Below, in pieces: positions 1 to 16,189 of a stretch of DNA of 64,000 nt; positions within the stretch are counted from its first letter, which is position 1; each line of letters begins with the position of its first letter. Made by a program: the position numbers and the translations under genes. The stretch is from Eledone cirrhosa (taxonomy: Eukaryota), in the NCBI GenBank assembly GCA_964016885.1, contig OZ024744.1, forward strand, positions 71,052,001 through 71,116,000. The letters run 5' to 3'. The notes beneath the pieces were generated by a model. That model worked only from the letters and a program-made list of their open reading frames with translations. It was not told the origin of the DNA and ran no database searches.

Positions 1-179
1 CATCCATGCTTGATCGTTCACACTCAATGACATTGCACATCCAAAGGAGCATGCTTGCTTCATCTCTCTCCAGCCGTTGCATATCCTCTGCAGTTACTGC
101 CTGTGTCTCACTATCATGCAGCTTCACGCTCCTCACACAGGCTCCATATAACTGGCCTTTTGTACGCAGGGAGAAACCT

Positions 180-181
<2 letters not shown>
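1..181 (-). mobile_element. RTE LINE ORF fragment (C-terminal region, RTE-2-like)
   Basis: Minus strand reads KGFSLRTKGQLYGACVRS..HDSET.AVTAEDMQRLERDEASMLLWMCNV, matching the 59580-60227 ORF; abuts (TA)n. Confidence 0.85.
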
Positions 182-222
<41 letters not shown>

Positions 223-556
223 ATCATTCTTTGTAACCACTAAATTTATCATCTCAGTAAAAAAAAAAAGACACATACACACAAAAAATAAAAATAAAAT
301 TATAAACACCAACAAAATTTTTTGCAAGGTAATGGGAAACAAATGGGTTAATTGAGAACAATTAGACATCTTTAAAAGTTGTTTTGCCATTTTGGAATTA
401 AATTTCGAGAGTAGATGATAGGAAAGATTACTACCAGTAAATAGTGTCTTATCAACAGAAATGTTATTTCACAGTTAATATACCTATATATAAATTGGTA
501 ACTCCGCCCCCCCCCCTCTCTCTCTATATATATGTACAATATATATATATATATAT

Positions 557-616
<60 letters not shown>

Positions 617-897
617 ATATATAAATATTGGCTCGCCAATATGGCCAACTGAATATGGAAGGGACTTTTTGTCTCCCCTTTTTTTTCTTCATTTTCCCTC
701 GTTCCTTCCTTTTATCACTCTTAACTTACTATTTATCTTCTATTTCTAACTCCCATCTTCTAGTGTTCGAAACGTTAAGACTCTCTTCCTGCTATTTCAA
801 GTGTTAAACTAATATATTTCTTCCATGTACTGTTCCGTTTGTTTTTGTTATTTCTGTTTACCTTTTACATACATATATATATATATATATATTTCCT

Positions 898-1085
898 GGG
901 CGGCAAATTGGCAGAGTCGTCGAGACATCAGCTAGAATGCTTTACGGTATCCGTCCCACCTCATTGCACACTCGAGTTCAAATCCTGCCGTGGTTAACTT
1001 TGCCTTTTGAGGTTGATAAAAAAAAAAGTACCAGTCCAGTACTGGGGTTGATTCTTCCTCTATAGAAAAAAATCGGCTGTGTTCA
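898..1085 (+). mobile_element. Meta-domain-type tRNA SINE, diverged
   Basis: A box tggcagagtcg, B box gagttcaaatcc, then gttaactttgcctttt..gttgataa..aagtaccag as in other copies in the window. Confidence 0.75.
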
Positions 1086-1231
1086 GACCTGGAGAAGGTT
1101 GGGCTCTGCCAGGTTTAAAAGTACCCTAGACATACCGTATGACGGTGCCTCTATGACTCCACAAGGAGTTATTATGGGATCTTTATTCTTATCCTATATA
1201 TATATCCTCCCCTTGTTAATTTTCCTAAGAT

Positions 1232-1281
<50 letters not shown>

Positions 1282-1448
1282 GGTGTATTATTTTCTGAAG
1301 AAAAAAAGTGGCAGTAACTTCAAAATTTCCAGTTTCGTTTTGGTTAGGTTGCTTCATTTGTTGCCTGTATCCTGCTGCAGAAAGTTCTCTATATTGTTCA
1401 CATTAGGTCAGTAATGATAGAAGGTAGGTGGATTAAGGTAGTGAGTGT

Positions 1449-1760
<312 letters not shown>

Positions 1761-2569
1761 TGTATTTATATCCGTCGAAAATCAGATGTTAAATTAGTTG
1801 AATTTTTATAAATATATATATTTTTTTAAATTGGCAGGTTTTGAATGAGAATATTGTTAAGTCATATGTAAGGGGCAGAAGGGGGAGGGGATATTTACAG
1901 AAATGGTAAGCTGTTTTCTTTGGAGGAGGAGGGGGGGGGGGCTTCTTTCCGTGAAAGAATTTTGATGATTTTGGTTTATTTATTCTAGGTAGGATTTCTC
2001 AAGCATAGTGAGAGAGGAGACTTAGGAGAGGTAATAGGTAGGACTGGTATGTTTGTATATGTGTTTATTTGTTTATTTCGTTTTGTTATTGTGTGTGTGA
2101 GGGGGGTGGGGGTGGGGTAAATAAAGCAGAAACATTTTTCTGAGTTTTATTGTTAGTATTCAATTGTTCCAGAGTTTTGGTCAGTTTGGTATGTAGAGTG
2201 AAGGTCAATGGATGGTAGAAGAATTTAGAAAATTTTATTTTTTGGAATTCTGAGCTGGGTTTTTAAGTGTAGGTTTTTAATGTGGTATAGAATTCAGGAA
2301 TTTATAGTTTTGTAGTGATTTATAGTTTAGTAGTGAGAGGGAATTTAGAGACCTATGGGTTAAGAGCCTTTGTAGGTTGATGGAGGTTGAGGTGTGTGGA
2401 GGGGGAACTTACCGTTTTGATGCCATTCATTTTATAACACATGCATCCCTGCTAGAATATAGTTATGGTTAATATATGCAGGCAAGCATTGTAACAGTTT
2501 GATTAGTGTGGATATTACTATTACTTGTGTAGGGTTACTAATGAATATCCGACTACTTGCAGATCCTCC

Positions 2570-2897
2570 TGGTAAGAGCGTCGGGCTTCACAATCGTGAG
2601 GTTGTGAGTTCGATTCTCGGACTGGGTGATACATTGTGTCCTTGAGCAAGACACTTTATTTCACGTTGCTCCAGTTCACTCAGCTGTAGAAATGAGTTTG
2701 TGACATCACTGGTGCCAAGCTGTATTGATCATTGCCTTTCCCTTGGACAACATTGGTGGTGTGGAGAGGGGCAGTTGGTATGCAGAGGCGACTGTTGGCC
2801 TTTCACAGACAACCTTACCTGGACTTGTGCCTCGGAGGGTAACTTTCTAGATGCAAATCAAATGGTTATTCATGACTGAAGGGGATCTTTACCCCTT
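2570..2897 (+). mobile_element. CORE-type tRNA SINE (tail type A)
   Basis: B box gagttcgattct, CORE-like ccttgagcaagacactttatttcacgttgctccag..cagctgtagaaatgag; same family inverted at 47661-47992 and 45880-46060. Confidence 0.8.
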
Positions 2898-3028
2898 CAA
2901 ATGCAGGCTCTCCTGTAGATATACTCATACCTGCACACACACACACTGACGTTCATACATACATGTGTCCACTCTTCCACATATGCATGTACATACACAT
3001 TTGTATACGCATGCCCACACATATGCAT

Positions 3029-3034
<6 letters not shown>

Positions 3035-3066
<32 letters not shown>

Positions 3067-3287
3067 GCCTGCATACACATAGATACACATGCACCATGAT
3101 ATACAGATACAGGAGTGCACAGATACACACACACACACATATATATACACACCTGCATACACATAGATACACATGCACCCTGATATACAGATACAGGAGT
3201 GCACAGACACACACACACACACACATATATATACACACCTGCATACACATAGATACACATGCACCCTGATATACAGATACAGGAGTG

Positions 3288-3318
<31 letters not shown>

Positions 3319-3603
3319 CTGCATACACATAGATACACATGCACCCTGATATACAGATACAGGAGTGCACAGATACACACACACACATATACACACCTGC
3401 ATACACATAGATACACATGCACCCTGATATACAGATACAGGAGTGCACAGATACACACACACACACATATACACACCTGCATACACATAGATACACATAC
3501 ACCCTGATATACAGATACAGGAGTGCACAGATACACACACACACATATACACACCTGCATACACATAGATACACATGTACCCTGATATACAGATACAGGA
3601 GTG

Positions 3604-3634
<31 letters not shown>

Positions 3635-4471
3635 CTGCATACACATAGATACACATGTACCATGATATACAGATACAGGAGTGCACACACACACACACAC
3701 ATATACACACCTGCATACACATAGATACACATGCACCCTGATATACAGATACAGGAGTGCACACACACACACACACACATATACACACCTGCATACACAT
3801 AGATACACATGCACCCTGATATACAGATACAGGAGTGCACACACACACACACACACATATATACACACCTGCATACACATAGATACACATGAACACTGAT
3901 ATACAGATACAGGAGTGCACACACACACACACACATATATATACACACCTGCATACACATAGATACACATGCACCCTGATATACAGACACAGGAGTGCAC
4001 ACACACACACACATATATATATACACACCTGCATACACATAGATACACATGCACCCTGATATACAGATACAGGAGTGCACAGATACACACACACACATAT
4101 ACACACCTGCATACACATAGATACACATGCACACTGATATACAGACACAGGAGTGCACATACACACACACACACACATATACACACCTGCATACACATAG
4201 ATACACATGTACCCTGATATACAGATACAGGAGTGCACACACACACACACATATATATATACACACCTGCATACACATAGATACACATGCACCCTGATAT
4301 ACAGATAGAGGAGTGCACAGATACACACACACATATATACACACCTGCATACACATAGATACACATGCACCCTGATATACAGACACAGGAGTGCACACAC
4401 ACACACACACATATATATACACCTGCATACACATAGATACACATGCACACTGATATACAGACACAGGAGTG

Positions 4472-4504
<33 letters not shown>

Positions 4505-5027
4505 CTGCATACACATAGATACACATGCACCCTGATACACAGATACAGGAGTGCACAGATACACACACACATATATACACACCTGCATACACATAGATAC
4601 ACATGCACCCTGATATACAGATACAGGAGTGCACAGATACACACACACACATATACACACCTGCATACACATAGATACACATGTACCCTGATACACAGAT
4701 ACAGGAGTGCACAGATACACACACACACATATACACACCTGCATACACATAGATACACATGTACCCTGATATACAGATACAGGAGTGCACAGATACACAC
4801 ACACACACATATATATACACCTGCATACACATAGATACACATGCACCCTGATATACAGATACAGGAGTGCACAGATACACACACACACACATATACACAC
4901 CTGCATACACATAGATACACATACACCCTGATATACAGATACAGGAGTGCACAGATACACACACACACATATACACACCTGCATACACATAGATACACAT
5001 GTACCCTGATATACAGATACAGGAGTG

Positions 5028-5058
<31 letters not shown>

Positions 5059-5417
5059 CTGCATACACATAGATACACATGTACCATGATATACAGATAC
5101 AGGAGTGCACACACACACACACACATATACACACCTGCATACACATAGATACACATGCACCCTGATATACAGATACAGGAGTGCACACACACACACACAC
5201 ACATATACACACCTGCATACACATAGATACACATGTACCCTGATATACAGATACAGGAGTGCACACACACACACACACACATATACACACGTGCATACAC
5301 ATAGATACACATGCACCCTGATATACAGATACAGGAGTGCACAGATACACACACACACATATACACACCTGCATACACATAGATACACATGCACCCTGAT
5401 ATACAGACACAGGAGTG

Positions 5418-5450
<33 letters not shown>

Positions 5451-5811
5451 CTGCATACACATAGATACACATGCACCCTGATATACAGATACAGGAGTGC
5501 ACAGATACACACACACACATATACACACCTGCATACACATAGATACACATGCACCCTGATATACAGATACAGGAGTGCACAGATACACACACACACATAT
5601 ACACACCTGCATACACATAGATACACATGCACCCTGATATACAGATACAGGAGTGCACAGATACACACACACACATATACACACCTGCATACACATAGAT
5701 ACACATGCACCCTGATATACAGATACAGGAGTGCACAGATACACACACACACATATATACACCTGCATACACATAGATACACATGCACACTGATATACAG
5801 ACACAGGAGTG

Positions 5812-5844
<33 letters not shown>

Positions 5845-6759
5845 CTGCATACACATAGATACACATGCACCCTGATACACAGATACAGGAGTGCACAGAT
5901 ACACACACACATATATACACACCTGCATACACATAGATACACATGCACCCTGATATACAGATACAGGAGTGCACAGATACACACACACACATATACACAC
6001 CTGCATACACATAGATACACATGTACCCTGATACACAGATACAGGAGTGCACAGATACACACACACACATATACACACCTGCATACACATAGATACACAT
6101 GTACCCTGATATACAGATACAGGAGTGCACAGATACACACACACACACATATATATACACCTGCATACACATAGATACACATGCACCCTGATATACAGAT
6201 ACAGGAGTGCACAGATACACACACACACACATATACACACCTGCATACACATAGATACACATACACCCTGATATACAGATACAGGAGTGCACAGATACAC
6301 ACACACACATATACACACCTGCATACACATAGATACACATGTACCCTGATATACAGATACAGGAGTGCACAGATACACACACACACATATACACACCTGC
6401 ATACACATAGATACACATGCACCCTGATATACAGATACAGGAGTGCACAGATACACACACACACACATATACACACCTGCATACACATAGATACACATGC
6501 ACCCTGATATACAGATACAGGAGTGCACACACACACACACACACATATACACACCTGCATACACATAGATACACATGTACCCTGATATACAGATACAGGA
6601 GTGCACACACACACACACACACATATACACACGTGCATACACATAGATACACATGCACCCTGATATACAGATACAGGAGTGCACAGATACACACACACAC
6701 ATATACACACCTGCATACACATAGATACACATGCACCCTGATATACAGACACAGGAGTG

Positions 6760-6792
<33 letters not shown>

Positions 6793-8023
6793 CTGCATAC
6801 ACATAGATACACATGCACCCTGATATACAGATACAGGAGTGCACAGATACACACACACACATATACACACCTGCATACACATAGATACACATGCACCCTG
6901 ATATACAGATACAGGAGTGCACAGATACACACACACACATATACACACCTGCATACACATAGATACACATGCACCCTGATATACAGATACAGGAGTGCAC
7001 AGATACACACACACACATATACACACCTGCATACACATAGATACACATGCACCCTGATATACAGATACAGGAGTGCACAGATACACACACATATACACAC
7101 CTGCATACACATAGATACACATGCACCCTGATATACAGATACAGGAGTGCACAGATACACACACACACACACATATACACACCTGCATACACATAGATAC
7201 ACATGTACCCTGATATACAGATACAGGAGTGCACAGATACACACACACACATATACACACCTGCATACACATAGATACACATGCACCCTGATATACAGAT
7301 ACAGGAGTGCACAGATACACACACACATATACACACCTGCATACACATAGATACACATGCACCCTGATATACAGATACAGGAGTGCACAGATACACACAC
7401 ACACACATATACACACCTGCATACACATAGATACACATGCACCCTGATATACAGATACAGGAGTGCACAGATACACACACACACACACATATACACACCT
7501 GCATACACATAGATACACATGTACCCTGATATACAGATACAGGAGTGCACAGATACACACACACACATATACACACCTGCATACACATAGATACACATGC
7601 ACCCTGATATACAGATACAGGAGTGCACAGATACACACACACACACATATACACACCTGCATACACATAGATACACATGCACCCTGATATACAGATACAG
7701 GAGTGCACAGATACACACACACACATATACACACCTGCATACACATAGATACACATGTACCCTGATATACAGATACAGGAGTGCACACACACACACACAC
7801 ACATATACACACCTGCATACACATAGATACACATGCACCCTGATATACAGATACAGGAGTGCACAGATACACACACACACACACACATATACACACCTGC
7901 ATACACATAGGTACACATGCACCCTGATATACAGATACAGGAGTGCACAGATACACACACACACATATACACACCTGCATACACATAGGTACACATGTAC
8001 CCTGATATACAGATACAGGAGTG

Positions 8024-8054
<31 letters not shown>

Positions 8055-9532
8055 CTGCATACACATAGATACACATGCACCCTGATATACAGATACAGGA
8101 GTGCACAGATACACACACACACATATACACACCTGCATACACATAGATACACATGCACCCTGATATACAGATACAGGAGTGCACAGATACACACACACAC
8201 ATATACACACCTGCATACACATAGATACACATGCACCCTGATATACAGATACAGGAGTGCACACACACACACACACACATATATACACACCTGCATACAC
8301 ATAGATACACATGCACCCTGATATACAGACACAGGAGTGCACACACACACACACACATATATATACACCTGCATACACATAGATACACATGCACCCTGAT
8401 ATACAGACACAGGAGTGCACACACACACACACACATATATACACACCTGCATACACATAGATACACATGCACCCTGATATACAGATACAGGAGTGCACAC
8501 ACACACACACACATATATACACACCTGCATACACATAGATACACATGCACCCTGATATACAGACACAGGAGTGCACAGATACACACACACACATATACAC
8601 ACCTGCATACACATAGATACACATGCACCTTGATATACAGATACAGGAGTGCACAGATACACACACACACACACACATATATACACACCTGCATACACAT
8701 AGATACACATGCACACTGATATACAGACACAGGAGTGCACACACACACACACACATATATACACACCTGCATACACATAGATACACATGCACCTTGATAT
8801 ACAGATACAGGAGTGCACAGATACACACACACACATATACACACCTGCATACACATAGATACACATGCACCCTGATATACAGACACAGGAGTGCACACAC
8901 ACACACACACATATATACACACCTGCATACACATAGATACACATGCACCTTGATATACAGATACAGGAGTGCACAGATACACACACACACATATACACAC
9001 CTGCATACACATAGATACACATGCACCCTGATATACAGACACAGGAGTGCACACACACACACACACACATATACACACCTGCATACACATAGATGCACAT
9101 GCACCTTGATATACAGATACAGGAGTGCACAGATACACACACACACATATATACACACCTGCATACACATAGATACACATGCACCCTGATATACAGATAC
9201 AGGAGTGCACAGATACACACACACATATATACACACCTGCATACACATAGATACACATGCACCCTGATATACAGATACAGGAGTGCACAGATACACACAC
9301 ACACATATACACACCTGCATACACATAGATACACATGCACACTGATATACAGACACAGGAGTGCACACACACACACACACATATATATACACCTGCATAC
9401 ACATAGATACACATGCACACTGATATACAGACACAGTAGTGCACATATACACACACACACACACATATATATACACACCTGCATACACATAGATACACAT
9501 GCACACTGATATACAGATACAGGAGTGCACAG

Positions 9533-9574
<42 letters not shown>

Positions 9575-9745
9575 CTGCATACACATAGATACACATGCAC
9601 CCTGATATACAGATACACACACACACATATATATATATATACACCTGCATACACATAGAAGTACACACACACACATATACACACCTGCATACACATAGAT
9701 ACACATGCACACTCATATACAGACACACACTCACACATACATACA
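3035..9745. repeat. ~78-80 bp CA-rich minisatellite, about 6.7 kb
   Basis: Unit acacacctgcatacacatagatacacatgcaccctgatatacagatacaggagtgcacagatac(ac)n-atat repeated roughly 85 times. Confidence 0.97.
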
Positions 9746-9747
9746 TA

Positions 9748-9808
9748 CAGGGTGTCCCAAAAAATGTATACACACTTCAACGCCATTCTAATAAAAGTGT
9801 GTAAGCAT
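9748..9808 (+). mobile_element. Tc1/mariner-type MITE, truncated
   Basis: TA-CAGGGTGTCCCAAAAAATGTATACACAC terminus; a related mini copy with both ends lies at 45772-45851. Confidence 0.7.
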
Positions 9809-9812
9809 CTCA

Positions 9813-10287
9813 TTTGCAGTGAGTGCTGGGTGCTTTTTTGCCGTGGCACCTCCACGTCCACTTTACAGTGAGTGCTGGGTGCTTTTTTGCCGTGGCACCT
9901 CCACGTCCACTTTACAGTGAGTGCTGGGTGCTTTTTTGCCGTGGCACCTCCACGTCCACTTTACAGTGAGTGCTGGGTGCTTTTTTGCCGTGGCACCTCC
10001 ACGACCACTTTGCAGTGAGTGCTGGGTACTTTTTTTCCGTGGCGCCTACACGTCCACTTTACAGTGAGTGCTGGGTGCTTTTTTGCCGTGGCACCTCTAC
10101 GACCACTTTGCAGTGGAATGATAGGGACCCCAGTCCCTATCATCTCATTTCTACAGCTGAGTAAACTGGAGCAATGTGAAATAAAGTGTCTTGCTCAAGG
10201 AAACAACACATCACCCGGTCTGAGAATTGAACTCACAACCTTTCGATTGCAAGGCCAATGCTCTAACCACTAAGCCATGTGCCTCCA
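9813..10287 (-). mobile_element. CORE-type SINE with six tandem 49-bp units in its 3' part
   Basis: Reverse complement of the head of the 43248-43598 SINE; unit cactttacagtgagtgctgggtgcttttttgccgtggcacctccacgtc. Confidence 0.85.
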
Positions 10288-10298
10288 TTCTATCACTA

Positions 10299-11401
10299 TC
10301 TCTCTCTATATATAATTCTTTGTCTCTCTGTTTGTCTCTTCTTATGCATTCTCTAATGGCTGGACTAAATCAAATCAAATTCTACAGGGTAATAGTATTA
10401 GACCCCGGGAGTGTCAACATGTGATTTTATTTTCATTTGGATTAAAACAATATAACCTTTTTTCTAAAATAATCTTTCTATAGTAGTCAACTATAGAAAA
10501 TGACATTTTGTATGTGTATGTGTCTGTCTTAGTATATGCATGTGAATGTATGTTAGCGTGTGTCTGTGAGTGTATGTGAGAGTGTAGATGTCACATTTTG
10601 TATGTGTATGTGTCTGTCTTAGTATATGTATGTGAATGTATGTGTGAGTGTATGTGTGTTGACTGACTTAACGATATTTTCTTTAGTCAACTTTAGTAAA
10701 CCACCACACCATGACGTTAATCATTTTTATTTACATTTGGATTAAAACAATAGAAAACAACACAACCATGTCACATTTTGTATATGAATATGTATGTGTG
10801 TGTGTGTGTGTGTGTGTTCATTAGGTGCGTTATTAAATAGAATTGGCAGTATCAGTAGAGGGTTGGACGCCATGCTTTCTAGCATAGTTACGTCCCTTTA
10901 CGGTTTGAGTTCAAATCCCGTCGAGGTTAACTTTGCCTTTCATCCTTACGGGGTCGATAAAATAAAGTACCAGTAGTGTACTGGGTAATTGCTGGCCTTG
11001 TGCCAAAAGTAGAAACAGTTATTAAATACACACACACATCAACACATACATGTACATATTTAGCGACTGACAAAAAAATGAGGTGAAAAGCTATGTGTGT
11101 GTCTGTGTGAATGTATGTCTGTGTGTGTCTGTCTTAGTATATGTATGTGAGAGTGTATGTGTGTGAGTGTTTAGCAACACTTTATTCATTTGGACACCAA
11201 CAAAAAAATTACATAACGAATATTGTTTACCATAAGGTGCTTCAAGATTGACAGATTTTCATTTCTAAATTATATTATCATTACAATATTGATATTTTTA
11301 AAAAATAATTATGAGAAAAAAAAAACATATCTTCATATTTATTATTTACTAATCTGAATAAGAACAGTGGTAACCCAGGCAATGCCGGGTAATTCAGCTT
11401 G
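10299..11401 (+). mobile_element. Non-autonomous Helitron-like element
   Basis: 5' a-TC..ctatatataattctttgtctctctgtttgtc; 3' hairpin acccaggcaatgccgggt then aattcagCTTG-t (degenerate CTAG); internal repeats of cattttgtat near 10504, 10595 and 10775. Confidence 0.6.
10838..11022 (+). mobile_element. Meta-type SINE nested in the Helitron-like element
   Basis: gcctttcatccttacggggtcgataaaataaagtaccag core and ggccttgtgccaaaagtagaaac tail. Confidence 0.85.
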
Positions 11402-12194
11402 TATATATACAAATACACACATATTGTATATGTGCATGTATATACATAGATATATATATGTGAACATACGTAGATACACACGTTCACACCTAAGGATGTT
11501 ATATTTCAAGTCAATGTAATATTCAACTTTATCATTCACTATCTTTTTTTTTATTTTTAAACTCTGGTATCCATTGATTACCAGATTCCCTTTCTTCTTG
11601 TAAACAACTACAATATTTATGTTGAATCTTTGTTAGAAAAATTATTCACTCCATTATAGCTACTCCATTGCCATCATCCATGGTAATTAGCTTGCCTCAA
11701 AGTGTTTAGCTAACCCTTATAATGAGATGTACAGCCGATTGTCGCAATTGGTGGTGAAATGCACCCCATTTTTACTTTCTTCTTTTTTTATGTTTTTGTG
11801 TATTATATTTTATACATTTTTGTATATTGTTTTTGTTATATGTGTTTATATTTGTGTTTGTATTTTATTTTTAAAAGAATTATCAGCAATTTGTAATGTT
11901 ATTTATGTATATAATTTATAATGTTAAAATATATAGTGAGTGAGAGAGGCAGATATGACATGTATTAGAGCGCATATTAAACAAAACTATAAAAAATGCG
12001 GAAAGTTGTTCAACTTACTCTCATTGTTAATCTGCTAGTTGGGAGAAAATAGTAATAAGTTGACAGGACTAGCATGGGTTTGACTGCTAGTACTGGTTGC
12101 ATATATATATATATATATATATTCAAAATAGGGGGCACAATGGAAAGATGGACAGTTAACCTTTTGGAAAAAAAGTTGTAAGGATTCTTCAGCT

Positions 12195-12435
12195 ATGTGA
12201 AAGTCATGACAACCTCATTAGTGGTGGTGCCACACAGTTGAGAGTGAGAACATCTTGTAAGTGAGATGCAGACTCTCCTCTGCCTTGCCCAACCACCCAG
12301 TACAGTGCAGGGACATAAATATGATGCAGGCTTCCCTGGCCCATCTGAGTGGTCAGTAGCTCTGAGTATCAGTACTGACTTGGTCTGTGATGATGCATTC
12401 AACCTTTGCTTGCTAGCAGGGAAAACAGACATTAA

Positions 12436-12440
<5 letters not shown>
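12195..12440 (+). mobile_element. Retroposon remnant ending in an RTE-type tail
   Basis: Ends gctagcagggaaaacagacattaaatgatg (compare 60203-60250) and runs into the GAT array. Confidence 0.55.
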
Positions 12441-14238
<1,798 letters not shown>

Positions 14239-14357
14239 TTAACATATTTGTGCTTTTTTTTACTGTATATGTCTGATAGAAATCTTTGCTATTGTCGTCC
14301 TATTTGTATGTTTTGTAGTCCTGTCAGAGATAAATAGAAGCAACATATAAACTACTT

Positions 14358-14496
14358 AATAACAACAACAACAGCAGCAGCAGCAACAGAAACAACAGCA
14401 AGAGCATACAACAGGAACAACGACTGCAACAACAACAGCAGCAGCAAGCAGCAGCAGTAACAACAACAGCAGCAGCAACACCAAGAACAACAGCAA

Positions 14497-14534
<38 letters not shown>

Positions 14535-14600
14535 GCAGCAGCAACAGCAACAACAGCAACAGCAGCAATAACAACAGCAGCAACAGCAGCAATAACAACA

Positions 14601-14632
<32 letters not shown>

Positions 14633-14752
14633 AGCAGCAACAGAAACAACAGCAAGAGCATACAACAGGAACAACGGCTGCAACAACAACAGCAGCAGCA
14701 GCAGCAGCAGCAGTAACAACAACAGCAGCAGCAACACCAAGAACAACAGCAA

Positions 14753-14790
<38 letters not shown>

Positions 14791-14794
14791 GCAG

Positions 14795-14832
<38 letters not shown>

Positions 14833-14845
14833 CCAAGAACAACAG

Positions 14846-14888
<43 letters not shown>

Positions 14889-14950
14889 AACAACAGCAGC
14901 AGCAGCAGCGGCAGCAACAACAACAGCAGCAGCAACACCAAGAACAACAG

Positions 14951-14985
<35 letters not shown>

Positions 14986-15028
14986 GCAGCAGCAGCAGCA
15001 ACAACAACAACAACAACAACAGCAACAG
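14358..15028. repeat. Compound (CAA)/(CAG) array
   Basis: Directly visible; recurring caccaagaacaacagc sub-unit. Confidence 0.95.
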
Positions 15029-15204
15029 TAAACATTTAAGCTGTGTGTGACAATGTGCATCAACCCAAAGTGTTAAATGTCAGTTATGACACATGCACAC
15101 ATTCTTTGCGATAACAAACTGCAGACAAATGCAATTTCATCGACTAGTCATAACAAAACTTCCTTGCTTTCTTTTTCTTTCTTTTTCTTTCTTTTTTTTT
15201 CCCC

Positions 15205-16168
15205 TCAAAAACTCCTTCCAACAGGTCCTGTCAGAAGCAGCCATCTCCAACTGATCTGGCTGGATCCCCAAGCGAGACCAGCCAAACTCTTGGATGTTAT
15301 CCAACCATCTTGCTCGGGGTCTACCTCAGGGTCTCCTGCCGGGTTGTATCGGAGCTGTGATCTCTCAATTTGGAGATATAGCAGCTCTACCTGGAGTGGC
15401 ACTCTGATCTCCGAGCTAAGCACTCTAATGAGTAACATTACTCCAAAGACCTTGCGGAGGAATCCCATTTCAGCTGCTTGTAATCAGGATCGTATTCTTT
15501 CGGTCATTACCCAAGATTCATGACTTTAGGTAAGGGTTAACAAGAAAAGTGAATTAAAGATAGGACAACAGGACAACCCGTATAACCCATACTAGCGTGG
15601 AAGAACGGACGTAAAACGGTGATGATGATGATGATGAAGTTTGACTTTTACACCTACCTCCCTTCTTCTGATTACTGAATGCTGAAGCTGGTGCATTACT
15701 GCACCAGCTCCTGCAATTCTTGCACTTAATTCATCCTCCTGCCTTCTATCACTTGTGAACACGGACCCGAGATACTTGAACTACTCCACCTGATTTAGAG
15801 GAACTTCATTCACATGTAAAGTGCACTGCATAAGATTCCTTGAGAGGACAAATGTCTGATTTTCATTCCAGTCATGCAGCACTCGGCATCAAACCTATTG
15901 AGTGCAAGTCAGAGATCACCTTCTGTTGAGTTAAGTAACTCTATGTTGTCTGCAAATTCTAGCTGACTGATTCTACACCAACCAGTCATGACACCACTTA
16001 CAACCTGGTTGCTCATGTCAATACTGTTCATGAAAATAATGAACAGAAGTGACAGTATGCACCCTTGGTGGAGTCTGACTCCTGCATTTAGACATTCATA
16101 ATGAGACATCAGGGCAATAAGAAGCTGACCATCGATCCCATACTCCTAAAGAACCTTCCACAGCAGGT
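15205..16168 (-). mobile_element. RTE-clade LINE, decayed (RTE-3), interrupted by a short RTE-1 tail at about 15562-15637
   Basis: GVRLHQGCILSLLFIIFM..LEFADNIELL, AAEMGFLRKV, LLYLQIERSQLR; second copy at 21626-22055. Confidence 0.8.
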
Positions 16169-16189
16169 CGGCACCACAAGAATATATTG

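Noticed and set aside
660-870. Possible decayed Penelope terminal repeat (cgaaacgttaagact)
   Set aside because: No CTGANGA core or pairing stems visible.
2897-9861. Three ORFs of about 2300 aa on the minus strand
   Set aside because: All three frames are open only because the TG-rich satellite lacks stop codons; unit length variation shifts frames at random.
9813-10110. CRISPR-like regular repeats (also the 48-53 kb array)
   Set aside because: No unique spacers, no cas genes, eukaryotic context.
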